Source: Chiloscyllium plagiosum | Lineage: Eukaryota | Reading direction: 5' to 3' | DNA length: 48,163 nt | Assembly (NCBI RefSeq): GCF_004010195.1 | Contig: NW_025215377.1 | Coordinates: forward strand, 114,026-162,188 | In this document: in pieces, positions 36,178-47,775 of the stretch | How positions within the stretch are numbered: the stretch's first letter is position 1 | Layout of the letters: each line of letters starts with the position of its first letter | The notes under the pieces: generated by a model | What the model saw: the letters and a program-made list of their open reading frames with translations, nothing else | Databases searched by the model: none | Told to the model about the DNA's origin: nothing | Translations under genes and position numbers: made by a program

Positions 36178-37170
36178 GAAGAGTCATTGAGCTATACAGC
36201 ACGGAATCAGACCCTACAGTCCAAGTTATCCATGCCAACCAGATATCCTTAATTAATGTTAGCCCATATCCCCCTAAACCCTTACTATTCGTGTGCCCAT
36301 CCAGATGCCTTTTAAATATTATAACCGTATCTGCACCTGCCATTTCCTCTGGCATTTCATTCCACATCTGAATCAGCCTCTGTGTAAGAAAGTTGCCCTT
36401 CAGGTCCCTTCTAAATTTTTCCCCACTCACCTTAAAGCTACTTCCTCTAGTTTTCAACTCTCCCACCCCAGGGAAAGGACCTTGGCTGTTTACACTATCC
36501 GTGCCCCTCATGATTTTATAAACCTCTATCCCCTCAGCCTCCGACGCTCCAGGGAAAACAGCCCCAGCCTGTTCAGCCTCTCCCTAAAGCTCAAATCCTC
36601 CAACCCTGGCAACATCCTTGTAAATCTTTCCTGAACCCTTTCAGAACATCCTTCTGATAGGACTGAGACCAGAACGCACACAATATTCCAAAAGTGGCCT
36701 CACCAACATCCTGTACAGTCACAACATGACCTCCNNNNNNNNNNNNNNNNNNNNNNATGTTGTCCCTTAGATCTCCCTCCAATGATGTTACCCCCTACCC
36801 CCCCCCCCCCACCTCTCCACACTGACGTCAGGCTTATTGGTCTATAGTTCCTTGGCTTTTCCTTACATCCTTTCTTAAACAATAGCACCACATTAGCCAA
36901 CCTCCAGTCTCCCAGTACCTCACCCCACGGCTGTTCATGATATAAATATGTCGGGAGAAAGTGAGTACTGCAGATGCTGGCAATCAGAGTCGAGAAATGT
37001 GGCAGTGAAAAAGCATAAGTAATTCCTGAAGAAGGGCTTACATCCGAAACGTCGACTCTCCTGCTCCTCGGACGCTGCCTGACCTGTTGTGCTTTTCCAG
37101 CATCACACTTTTCAACTTGATACAAATACCTCAGCAGGGGGCCCAGCAATCTCTTCCCTAGCTTCCCACA
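36178..37170 (-). mobile_element. CR1 fragments with a nested Penelope-terminus insert (about 36949-37117)
   Basis: DWRLANVVLLFKKGCKEKPRNYRPISLTS; insert flanked by tgatataaata / tgatacaaata. Confidence 0.85.
36735..36756. other. Assembly gap
   Basis: N run. Confidence 1.
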
Positions 37171-37504
37171 AAGGAGGTGTGGAATAATATTCACAATCAC
37201 AATACTAGAACTGAGAGGCCATATGAATTAGAATTGACTGAAGATGCTGGGATATTGTCCTGAGAAATGAGGAGGCAGTGGAGTGAACTGACAGGAATGT
37301 CTGTGATTTCGGAAGGATGTTTTGGTGATCACAGCACAAGGACAAGTCAAAACTCTGAGTGAAATCTGGCTTGATAGATTTTTTTAATGTTTACTTTGTT
37401 CACATGCTGGTCAGTCACTGAATCATATTTACTCAAGGCTTCAGACTTACTTTAACAACAGAGCAGAAGTTTATTACATCCAAGAAGAAATAAGAATAAA
37501 TATG

Positions 37505-37900
37505 CAACAAATGCTGGAGATTGCAGTGGGTCACACAGCATCCATGGAGAGAGAGCAAGCTAACATTTCAAGTCCAGATAGAGTCATAGAGTCATAGAGA
37601 TGGACAGCATGGAAACTGACCCTTCGGCCCAACCCGTCCATGCCGACCAGATATCCCAACCCAATCTAGTCCCACCTGCCAGCACCCGGCCCATATCCCT
37701 CCACCCTCCGACGCTCCAGGGAAAACAGCCCCAGCCTGTTCAGCCTTCTCCCTGTAGCTCAGATCCTCCAACTCTGGCAACATCCTTGTAAATCTTTCTT
37801 GTTTTGAAACATTAGCTTGCTCTCTCTCTGTGGATGCCATCTGACCTGCTGTGATCTGTAGCATTTGTCATTTTCAGTACAGATTCCAGCCTCTGCAGTA
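37505..37900. mobile_element. Fold-back element interrupted by a CR1 3' end (37578-37798, minus strand)
   Basis: gcatccatggagagagagcaagctaacatttcaa and ttgaaacattagcttgctctctctctgtggatgc are inverted arms on either side of the CR1 piece. Confidence 0.75.
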
Positions 37901-38844
37901 CCTTGCTAATACATTAAGAATAAAGACAAGCTATCTGAAAGTGGATGACATTTTGAATGGCTGCAAATCACAAACAAACTTTCAACCTTTTTCCCAACAC
38001 TGTCCATTACATAGATTTAAATCCAGGGAAATTCTACTCCTATTTCAACCCTTGAAATTTCTATTTAACTAATGAAGAGAAAAATAGTAAATAGGAGCAG
38101 TAGGCCAGTGGGCCCTTTGAGCCTGCTCTCCTATTCAATATGATCATGGCTGATCATCCAACTCAGTCCATGTTCTGCTTCCCCTCCCCCATACCCTTTG
38201 ATCCCTCTAACCCTAAGAACTCTATCTAACTCCTTCTTGAAAACATCCTTCAGGTCTCCTTACAATTTCTTTGCTGTGGACAGTTCAGACAATGAGTGAA
38301 GCCCTTTCCAAACTGACCATCATAAACCTCCCACAAATCTGAGAGCTTAAACTTTCTCAGTCTCAGAACCTGCAGATTTTTTTCCCCAGACTCTCCTGGT
38401 TTGAAAACTTCACAGACTGGACCGTTCTACTCTTTTCCTGAACTGCCCCGAATTCTTCTCCCAGGAGGGACACTAAACCTGCTTCTAACCGCAGGCTGGG
38501 GTCATCTGGTGAACTAAACTGGGTTCTGAAATCAATTAAAACAAAAAATACTTCTGAAATTCAAAACTAATGACCTTACTCTCTTGTTGAAAACCAACAG
38601 GATAAACATCTGTCAATTAAAAACGTAAAGGGCTTGCAATCACCAGCTCTCTGACACATAAGGACTCTCTGACCTAGTGTGTTTGTTTGAATAAAACCAT
38701 TTACAAAAGTAACAATACCTATATGAAATTAAAACTTTAAATTTAGAAGCTTTTCTTCACACTTAATAAGGGTTAAAAACAAAGTACTTTTGGACAGAAG
38801 GAAAAGCAAAACAAGGCTCATAAACATAAGACACTTTTAATCCA

Positions 38845-39110
38845 GTCCCTGTACTGCGAGTATTTGATGGGGAACAGTGTAGAGGGAGCTTTACTCTGTA
38901 TCTAGCCTCATGCTGTCCCTGTTCTGGGAGTGTTTGCTGGGCAACAGTGTAGAGGGAGCTTTACTCTGTTTCTGACCCCATGCTGTCCATGTATTGGGGG
39001 TGTTTGTTGGGGACAGTATAGAGGGAGCTTTAGTCTATATCTAATCCTGTACTGTCCCAGCCCTGGGGGAGTTTAACAGGGATAGTGTAGAAGGAGCTTT
39101 ACTCTGAAGT
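38845..39110 (+). repeat. Approximately 60-bp tandem repeat (cagtgtagagggagctttactctgtatcta...)
   Basis: About 4.5 units visible. Confidence 0.9.
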
Positions 39111-39809
39111 TGACCCCAGGGATACACTCCCACCAGTTGAAAGGTTATTCTTTCATATCCTAGTTTGGAAGATTTGAGCCCAGTTCCAGTGCCCGCGCTG
39201 TAGGGGTGCTGTCCTCCTGGCGATGGTGTGCAGGTTTGACCCTTGTGCTCTATTGACCACTCACCAGGGAGTTACCCTCAGTCTCCTGGCCAACGTCACT
39301 CAGAAACAGAAAGTATCTGTGTGTGGGATCTTGCTGTGCACAGAGTGGCTGCAATGCTATTTAAAACACAACGATGACTACACTCCAAAAGTATTTAATT
39401 ATCACTAAAGCACTTTGGCACATCCTGCTTTTGGGATAGGTGCTACAGCAATTTCAGACACAGCAAGAAATGAACAACTTGAGAAACAGCAGGGGAGATA
39501 GATAAGGCCAAAGAGGAACAGACAGTGGGGAAAATAATGATTCCAAACTTAGAGTGAAGGAACAATCAAATTACACAGATATGGGAATTCTAAATAATTC
39601 AAAAAGCCCTAGGACTCAATTGTGAAGCATTTGCCTGCGTTTTTCATCCTATTTTCTTTAGCACGAACACACCAGTTTATTATTCAAACACTGTACCACT
39701 CCAGGGGCATATACAAAACAGTGACTCAGCACTTGCAAAGCAGCTGGCAGGGAATACCCTCCTGTTTATCATTAAACTTCAAACATGGTTTAATGAACGT
39801 TACCCGCCA

Positions 39810-40155
39810 GTATCAGATACAGCTCCCTCTGCACTGTCACCCACCAAACACTCCCAGGACAGGGACAGCATGGGGTTAGATACAGATTAAAGCTGCCTCT
39901 ACACCATGGTAAAAACAATGACTGCAGATGCTGGAAACCAGATTCTGGATTAGTGGTGCTGGAAGAGCACAGCAGTTCAGGCTCTACACCATACCCAGTC
40001 TAACACTCCCAGGACAGGGGCAGCACCGAGTTAGATACAGAGTAAAGCTCCCTCTACACCGTCTCCATCAAACACTCCCAGGAAAGGGACAGACAGGGTC
40101 AGATACAGAGTAAAGCCCCTGTACACCGTCTCCATCAAGCACTCCTGGGACAGGG
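39810..40155 (-). repeat. Same 60-bp repeat in opposite orientation, with a Penelope-terminus insert at 39908-39981
   Basis: agatacagagtaaagctccctctacac units; insert flanked by ctctacaccat. Confidence 0.88.
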
Positions 40156-40350
40156 TAAAAAATCACACAACACCAGGTTATAGTCCAACAGGTTTAATTG
40201 GAAGCACACTAGCTTTCGGACCGACACCTGTCACCTGATGAAGGAGCGATGCTCCGAAAGCTAGTGCTTCCAATTAAACCTGTTGGACTATAACCTGGTG
40301 TTGTGTGATTTTTAACTTTGTACACCCCAGTCCAACACCGGCATCTCCGA
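40156..40350 (+). mobile_element. Hairpin element of a third Penelope-type terminus family
   Basis: Arms 40158-40220 / 40253-40313 are nearly perfect (one 2-nt indel); gggacagg occurs on both flanks. Confidence 0.85.
40232..40266 (+). ncRNA. Minimal hammerhead ribozyme with all core elements intact
   Basis: CAC-CUGAUGA-A-GGAGC-GAU-GCUCC-GAAA-GC-UA/GUG: stem I CAC/GUG, 5-bp stem II, palindromic AGCU; predicted cut after 40263. Confidence 0.8.
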
Positions 40351-40936
40351 ATCCCGGGACAGGGACAGCATGGGTCTGGAATCACATGTGGTCCAGACCA
40401 GGAAAGGAGGGTAGATTTCCTTCCCTAAAGGACATTGGTGAATCTGATTGGATCAGCCAACAGTTATTTTACCGTCACTAGACTCATAGACTTTCTGGAG
40501 CACAGCATAAGGCCCTTCGGCCCATTAGTTCCATCTGTTCAAAAAAACATTTTACTCAAGTTTCACTGTCTGCCTGGGGGTGAGGTAAAACCTCGAGCCA
40601 TAAAAAATAGGACCAGGAGGAGGCCATCAGCCCCTCCAGCCTTCTCCTCCATTCAATAGGATCATGGCTGATCCGAAATTCCTTACATCCACTTTCCTGC
40701 TCTTTCCCAGTAACCCTTGATTTCTCAACTGATCAAGAATCTCTCTAAATATCCACGCGGACTCTGTCCCCACAGCTCTCTGTGACAAGGAGTTCCAAAG
40801 ACTCCCAACCTTCTGAGAGAAGAAATTGTTCCCCATCTCAGTCTTAAAGTGGTTCCCCTTTATTCTGAGAGTATACCCTTTGCTCTGTGGAATTCTGTTC
40901 CCAGGCAGGGGTTTTGCATTACTGATGCAGTCACAG

Positions 40937-41145
40937 CCAAGAGTGTGGTGCTGGAAAAGCACAGCCGGTCAGGCAGCATCCGAAGAGCAGGAGAGTCAAC
41001 ATTTCGAGCATGATCTCCACATTCCTGATGAGGATTGGATGAAGACTCTCCCGCTCCTCGGATGCTGCCTGACCTGCTGTGCTTTTCCAGCACCACACTT
41101 TTTGACTCTGATCTCCAGCATCTGCAGGCCTCACTTTCTCCTCCT
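40937..41145. mobile_element. Fold-back Penelope-terminus element
   Basis: Arms at about 40943-40995 / 41047-41099; flanked by tgatgcagtcacag / tgatgcagtgacag. Confidence 0.8.
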
Positions 41146-41437
41146 TGATGCAGTGACAGTCCAAGTACGCCACCGTATCTGTTTCTGCTTCATGGTGGAG
41201 CAGCTAAAGATGGGGGTGCTCGAAGACCCTTCCTGGAGGAACACAGAGATCTCGGAACAGGAGGAGGTTACAGAGCCTGAGCTGGGTTTGAATTCAAACA
41301 GGGATGAGAATTGTAGGATCAAAACCTTGCCGCACAAATTATTAGAGGGCTTTTCGACTCTAGAAAGACATTGCAGCTTTTAAAAATAGCTTCATTGGCT
41401 GGGCATTTATTACCCGACACTAGTCACCCCTTGAGTA

Positions 41438-41995
41438 AAAAAGAGAACAAAGGAAATTTACAGCCCAGGAACAGGCCCTTCGACCCTCCAAGCCTGAGCC
41501 GATCCAAGTGTACTGTCTGAACCTGACGGTCAATTCCTAAGCATCTGTATCCTCCTGCTCCCCGCCGACTCATGCATCTGTCCAGACGCATCTTAAATGA
41601 ATCTATCGTGCCTGCCTCTACCACCTCTGCTGGCAATGCGTTCCAAATGCCCACCACCCTCTGTGTGACGTACTTGCTGCGTGTATCCCCCTTAAACTTT
41701 CACGCCTCACCTTGAAAGCGTGACCTCTCGTTATTGAATCCTTCACCCTGGGAAAAAGCTTGTCTCTATCCACCCTGTCTATACCCTTCATGATGTTTTA
41801 AATCTCAATCAGGTCCCCCCTCAATCTCCTTTTTTCTAATGAAAATAAACCTACACCTACTCAACCTCTCTTCATAGCTAGCACCCTCCATACCAGGCAA
41901 CATCCGCGTAAACCTTCTCTACACCCTCTCCAAAGCGTCCACATCCTTTTGGTAATGTGGCGCCCAGAACTGTACACAGTATTCTAAATGCGGCA
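41438..41995 (-). mobile_element. CR1 LINE 3' fragment (further subfamily)
   Basis: VVGIWNALPAEVVEAGTIDSFKMRLDRCM; HLEYCVQFW at the 5' end. Confidence 0.9.
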
Positions 41996-42976
41996 AGAAG
42001 GTGGGGGTGAGCTGCCCCCATTTGCTGTGAGTAGACCCACAATGCCCTTTGGGAGGGAATTCCGGGATTTTGTCTGTGCTGTTCCCTATCGTGACCAGAT
42101 TGGAATGGTCACCTTCCCACCAGGTGAAGGTTATTTGCTGTGAACTGCTCCCTGGGTTCAGAGTTCAAACTTTTCCAGAGTCCCCATGGACTGAAGGAGT
42201 GCACTTATCAGAGTCTCTGCAGTGCTGTGGAAACAACCTCTGAACATCAAACAGACACTGTTTTGTTTTCTCGTCCTTGGAAGCCTTCTTGGCACCTGGC
42301 AGAACCAGGAAACCCAAAACTGTCCATTGGCCCTTTCGAGGATACGTATGACTTTATCACTTGGCAATTACCTTCCTGGATCTCAAGGTGAGGCAGACTC
42401 TTCCTCATCCAGGTCCTAGTGCCCAACATCGGTCTGAAACAGCTCCCTCAGCACTGATGTCAATAAGCAGGCGATATAGCATGGAAGTAACTGGTGGGAG
42501 GATCAGAGGCAGGGTGAGGAAGAATAGATTTTCTCCCAGAGGTGAGTGTGAGTGCGAACCCATGACCAGGAAAGGTGGCTGAGGCAGGAAGACCAACACG
42601 TGATCCTGCAGACCTGAGGGAACATCATCAACACTGTCTCGCCAACAGTTTGGGTAAAGCGGGAGAATTACATGACAAGAAAGAGTGTTCTCCAAGACCC
42701 AGACACTGGGTCCACAGGCCACGACACTGGGTCCACATCCACCACCCAGGTAACCCAGGAACATCATCAGGATGTCCCACCTGAGACTATCCCAACACAG
42801 GTTCTCCTCACAGCAATGGACTCTAAGGAAATGTCCCAAAGACTCCACAAAATCTCTGCTCCTTTCTCATCGACCCAGGGATCCAATCACAATCAAAACG
42901 GCAATCTACATCAAAATGGTGTAAAGAGTTTCCAAAGAACAAGAGAGAGGTCCTGAGAGAGACAGAGACAGAGACA

Positions 42977-43476
42977 NNNNNNNNNNNNNNNNNNNNNNNN
43001 NNNNNNNNNNNNNNNNNNNNNNNNNNNNNNNNNNNNNNNNNNNNNNNNNNNNNNNNNNNNNNNNNNNNNNNNNNNNNNNNNNNNNNNNNNNNNNNNNNNN
43101 NNNNNNNNNNNNNNNNNNNNNNNNNNNNNNNNNNNNNNNNNNNNNNNNNNNNNNNNNNNNNNNNNNNNNNNNNNNNNNNNNNNNNNNNNNNNNNNNNNNN
43201 NNNNNNNNNNNNNNNNNNNNNNNNNNNNNNNNNNNNNNNNNNNNNNNNNNNNNNNNNNNNNNNNNNNNNNNNNNNNNNNNNNNNNNNNNNNNNNNNNNNN
43301 NNNNNNNNNNNNNNNNNNNNNNNNNNNNNNNNNNNNNNNNNNNNNNNNNNNNNNNNNNNNNNNNNNNNNNNNNNNNNNNNNNNNNNNNNNNNNNNNNNNN
43401 NNNNNNNNNNNNNNNNNNNNNNNNNNNNNNNNNNNNNNNNNNNNNNNNNNNNNNNNNNNNNNNNNNNNNNNNNNNN
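42977..43476. other. Assembly gap
   Basis: N run. Confidence 1.
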
Positions 43477-43479
43477 ATT

Positions 43480-43935
43480 TTATACATTAAAAAAAAATTC
43501 AGCATGTACTAAAGCTACTGAAAAACTTCTATAAGATCTTTGCAGATAAAAAGCAAAAAATTGAAATTTTGATATTCCTCAGAGCATCTCCACAGTTGCA
43601 AAAATATAAGGCGTTTTCGACTTATTCAGGAAACTATTTATGTTCATATTAATGCCCTGATAATTGAAAGGACCCCATTACACTTTGACAGAAAAACCTT
43701 AGACGGTGGTCTTTCCCCATTGCGCCTTGGCAGTAACTGTCCAAGCTTTAATGCGTCGCTTAGCACATAGATCTGGACCTTGGAATGGACCAGTCTGCAA
43801 CACTTGGTCAGGAACAGCCCTTTCCACTGGAAGGTCACCAAGACTCTGGCAGTCAAAGAGCGACTTTCACCAAATTGGTGGTCCTCCAGGCACACCGATG
43901 TTTCTCTCGGTGCGTGTCTCAGCGAACAGCATCGA
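43480..43935 (-). mobile_element. Tx1/L1-clade LINE 3' fragment
   Basis: Frameshifted CAWRTTNLVK...FQWKGLFLTKCCRLVHSKVQIYVLSDALKLG resembles the Tx1-type ORF2 C-terminus, followed by an AT-rich 3' UTR. Confidence 0.6.
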
Positions 43936-45094
43936 GAATCCTGGTCTGCTCAGTGACCCCCACATCCCATGATTGAACAACAAGAAAGATAGTTGGTTAT
44001 GTTATTGTCACCTTCAGTCAGGTGCCTGACCTCCCACACACAGGAACTGTGACACGCCACACAGGGAGGTGCTGTTAGCCAGAAACACAGCGTTCCTGGA
44101 CCTTTCCTGTTTTCTCTCACTCCTGATCTCCCCTTTCACATTCACACACAGGATGTGAGCATTTATTACCCACCCCTCCCTTCCCTTGCAGGGACAGTGG
44201 CGAGCTGAATTCTTGACCATTTGAGAGGCTTGCTTGTCCATTTCATGGTTAAAGGATTAGACTTGTAAATTTTTTATCGAATTCAAATTTCACCATCTGC
44301 CTTGGCAGAGCATCACCTGACTCTCTGGATTAACAGTATAGCAATAACAGGACAAGGCCATCACCTCCCATGGGGGTTGCGGGGGATCAGAGGTTAGAGG
44401 GATAGATCAAGGCTGGAATCCCACTCTCCTTTAAACAGCAAGACGGATAGGGACATGTCCTTGTTTTGATTACTGCCAGTTTGGGAAAATGTAGAGCTGA
44501 AGGGCTTTTGCCCAAAACATCGATTCTCCTGCTCCTCGGATGCTGCTTGACCTGCTGTGCTTTTCCAGCACCACTCTAATCTAGACTCTGATCTCCAGCC
44601 TCTGCAATCCTCACTTTTGCCATGTCCCCCATCGTTAACCATCTCCGAGGAATACCCAAATTGAGAGAGATTGGGCTGAAACACCTTGAGCTTCATGGTC
44701 AATATTGACCCAGCACTAGAGATGCTGAGGAACTCTAGAGCATATACCATTTACTGTTAATTGTTACTGCACTGACTTGCAACGATAACAGAGTGCGGTG
44801 TAGCTCAAACAAACCGAAACAACAGACTCTTATGTTCGCCACGCGCCCCCGGTTTCTCTCGCCGTAAAGCCGTTCACATCCAGTAGAATTACTTTGCAAG
44901 TGTGTTCACAATTGTTATCTAACAAACACAGCAGAAAGTCTTGTTCACAGCAAGATCCCACAAGCAGGATGGGATAATGTCTAGGTAATCCACTTGGGTG
45001 ACATTGATTGAGACGGGTGCTACATCACTGCAGGGTTTTGGAAAGGAGCTCCCCCAGATATTTAAGGTCAAGGTAAAGCTGCCAGAGTCCCAGC

Positions 45095-45345
45095 GAGAGA
45101 GAACAAGAGACGTGAGAGAGAGAACGAGTGAGAGAGAACGAGTGAGAGAGAACGAGAGAGAGAGAGAGAACGAGGGAGAGAACACGAGAGAGAGAGAGAG
45201 AAAACGAGAGAGAGAACGAGAGAGAGAAAACGAGAGAGAGAGAGAACGAGAGAGAGAGTACGAGAGAGAGAGAGAGAGAACGAGAGAGAGTACGAGAGAG
45301 AGAGTACGAGAGAGAGAGAGAAGGGAGGGAGAGAAAGAGAGAAAA
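45095..45345. repeat. (GA)n / GAGAAC microsatellite
   Basis: Direct inspection. Confidence 0.95.
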
Positions 45346-45498
45346 ACGACTGGTGGTGGTTTTACAGGAGGGTCATTAGCCTCAGGCAAAGAGGATGAGG
45401 TTGAGAAGGAGAGACCTTTGAGGTAATCTCAGCTGGTGCGGGAATTGAACCCGCGCTGTTAGTGTCACAGACCAACCACCTAGCCAACTGAGCTAACC
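45346..45498 (-). mobile_element. tRNA-derived SINE head
   Basis: Minus strand reads GGTTAGCTCAGTTGG (A box) ... GGTTCAATTCCC (B box); no intact cloverleaf. Confidence 0.7.
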
Positions 45499-46757
45499 AA
45501 CATACTGACTCGTGCATGTCCCACACCACAACAGTAACAGCATTTTTGCCAAGAAGTCTTCCCTTGACCGTTGACCTTTGACACTGTGAAGCTTTCAGAT
45601 TCACAACTTTCATTGACTTTTTAAATGTTTAAGGAGCAAGGTCTTGGACAACACTGTAGCAGCCTCACAGCTGCTGTCCCAGGGAGGGGTGGTGTCTGGG
45701 GAGATATCAGTACGTGGCACTGTTTGCTTAGTGGTTACACAACACCACTATCCAATTCCCCCACACAACAGGATGTGGATAACCAGAAGCTAACCGTGCA
45801 CAGGAGGTTGGCATGGCGACAGTGGATTAAATCCACTAAGAAAGGAAACTAATAATTCACAGGCATCACACAATCAATGGCGGTGTCGGTGAGGAGTTTT
45901 GCACACAGGAAGATCCCACAAGCAGTAATCTGGTGACCAGTATCAGACAGGTGCTGTGCACACTGTGTGTGGTCACCTGATGGAAAGAGGAATGTAAGGA
46001 TATTGGAAGCAGTCCAGAGAGAGTTGGCCAGACTAATGCCAGGAACAGCTGGGTGAAACTGGACAGTCCAGGCTTGTAACTACAGAGTGGGTGACTCAAT
46101 TCAAACACGGCACCGTGAGGGAACTTGGCTGGGAACAGGGGAATGTTGAAACGATATTTCCTCTTGATCAAAGGGTCACCGTTTCAAACTCAGAGGTCAC
46201 CCATTGAAAACAGAGATGGGGAGAAGTGGATTAAGTGTCTCCGGAACTCTCTCAGGAGGTGGAAGACCCAGCGTCCTTGGCAGAGGTAGATAGATGGAAA
46301 CGTGGAACAATCAGATCAGCCGTGATCTTATTGAATGGCACAGCATATCAAGGGTCCGAATAGCCTGCTTTTGATCCTTTCTTGGATAGCTGTGTATAAA
46401 ATAGAGACCGTGCACTAATATTCAGAGTGTGCTCCACACAAACCTCTACAGAAAATTAAACAGAATGTCTCTGTCTTTCATTTCTATCCCTTAAGAGATT
46501 TGACCCACTGCTTTTCTTTCAGAGAGGTAATAGCTCACGGCCTTATTGACAGGGAACAGCAGGGTTCTGAGGTCTAACCCTCAAGGTCTGTACCAAGGAT
46601 CTCCAGACATTAACATCATTGTGTCCAACCAGCAGTGCGGGCAGAATAGGGGGAGATGGGGTGGTTGGGGGGGTGGGGATGGAGTGTGAGTGGGTTGGGG
46701 GTGTGGATGGAGGGGATGGGATGGTGGGGTTAGGGTGGAAGGGGTGGTCTCACTTAC

Positions 46758-46857
46758 GAGCCCTTCCTGAAGAAGGGCTTATGCCCGAAACGTCGATTCT
46801 CCTGTTCCCTGGATGCTGCCTGACCTGCTGCGCTTTTCCAGCAACACATTTTCAGCT
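46758..46857 (+). mobile_element. 100-bp Penelope-terminus mini-insertion with hammerhead core at 46767-46794
   Basis: 14-bp TSD gtggtctcacttac (46744-46757, 46858-46871); CUGAAGA-A-GGGC-UUAU-GCCC-GAAA-CG-UC. Confidence 0.82.
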
Positions 46858-46894
46858 GTGGTCTCACTTACAGAGAGTTGCTGCTAAACCAGTG

Positions 46895-47040
46895 GGCTAG
46901 TGCGGACTCACTTGGAGTATTGTGTGCAGTCCTGGTCACCCCATTACAGGAAGGATGTGGAAGCATTGAAAAAGGTTCAGAGGAGATTTACCAGGATGTT
47001 GCCTGGTCTGGAGGGAAGGTCTTATAAGGAAAGACTGGAT
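46895..47040 (+). mobile_element. CR1 RT fragment
   Basis: [36 protein letters not shown]. Confidence 0.88.
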
Positions 47041-47482
47041 TGTCTTTCACTCTATTTGCCAATACTGTTTCATGCCCTCTCGATTTCCTGCTTCAGTATA
47101 CTCCCACTGCCTCTATACTCTTCTTGGTTTTCACTCGATCCCAGGTGAGTGAACAGATTCTCCTGAATCTCTTTCACCATTTATCAGTGAGTGGGGTCTT
47201 GTATCGCCAGCCCCTTTAGTTCTGGCCTTTCCTGCAGATGGGAATGTGACTCTCCCAACCCCCTTCCTCAGTCTATTGAATTCAAATTCCGACCATCCTG
47301 CCATGGTGAGATTCAAACTCGTGTCCCTGAACATTACCTGGTGCTCTGAGAGAACAGTCCAGCAATAATAAAGCAAGCCATCACCCCCCAGAGATTGGGC
47401 CTGTACTCTGCAGTTTTTAGGACAATGACAGTATATCTTATGGAAATTTACAAGATTCTTAAAAGGAGTCAAAAGGATTCTG

Positions 47483-47775
47483 TGGGCGGCACGGTGACTC
47501 AGTGGTTAGCTTTGTTGCCTCACAATGCCGGGAACCCAAGTTCAATTCCACCCTCGAGCGACTATCTGTGTGCACATTCTCCCCGTGTCTGTGGGGTTTC
47601 CTCCGGGTGCTCCAGTTTCCTCCCACAGTCCAAAGATGTGCAGGTTAGGGTGGATTGGTCATGGGGGTTGTAGGGATAGGGTAGGGGGTGAGTCTGGGTG
47701 GGATGTTCTTCAGAGAGTCGGTGTTGACCTGTTGGGCCAAATGGCCTGTTTCCACACTGTAGGGATTCTATGATA
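47483..47775 (+). mobile_element. V-SINE (HE1-like)
   Basis: Similar to 1105-1430. Confidence 0.85.

Noticed and set aside
38845..39110. CRISPR-like array
   Set aside because: Whole units are homologous with no unique spacers; eukaryotic context and no cas genes.
44919..45426. ER-rich and SL-rich ORFs
   Set aside because: (GA)n microsatellite.
45430..45498. tRNA gene
   Set aside because: A and B boxes are present, but the anticodon arm and acceptor stem are not intact and there is no oligo-T terminator; it is a SINE head.
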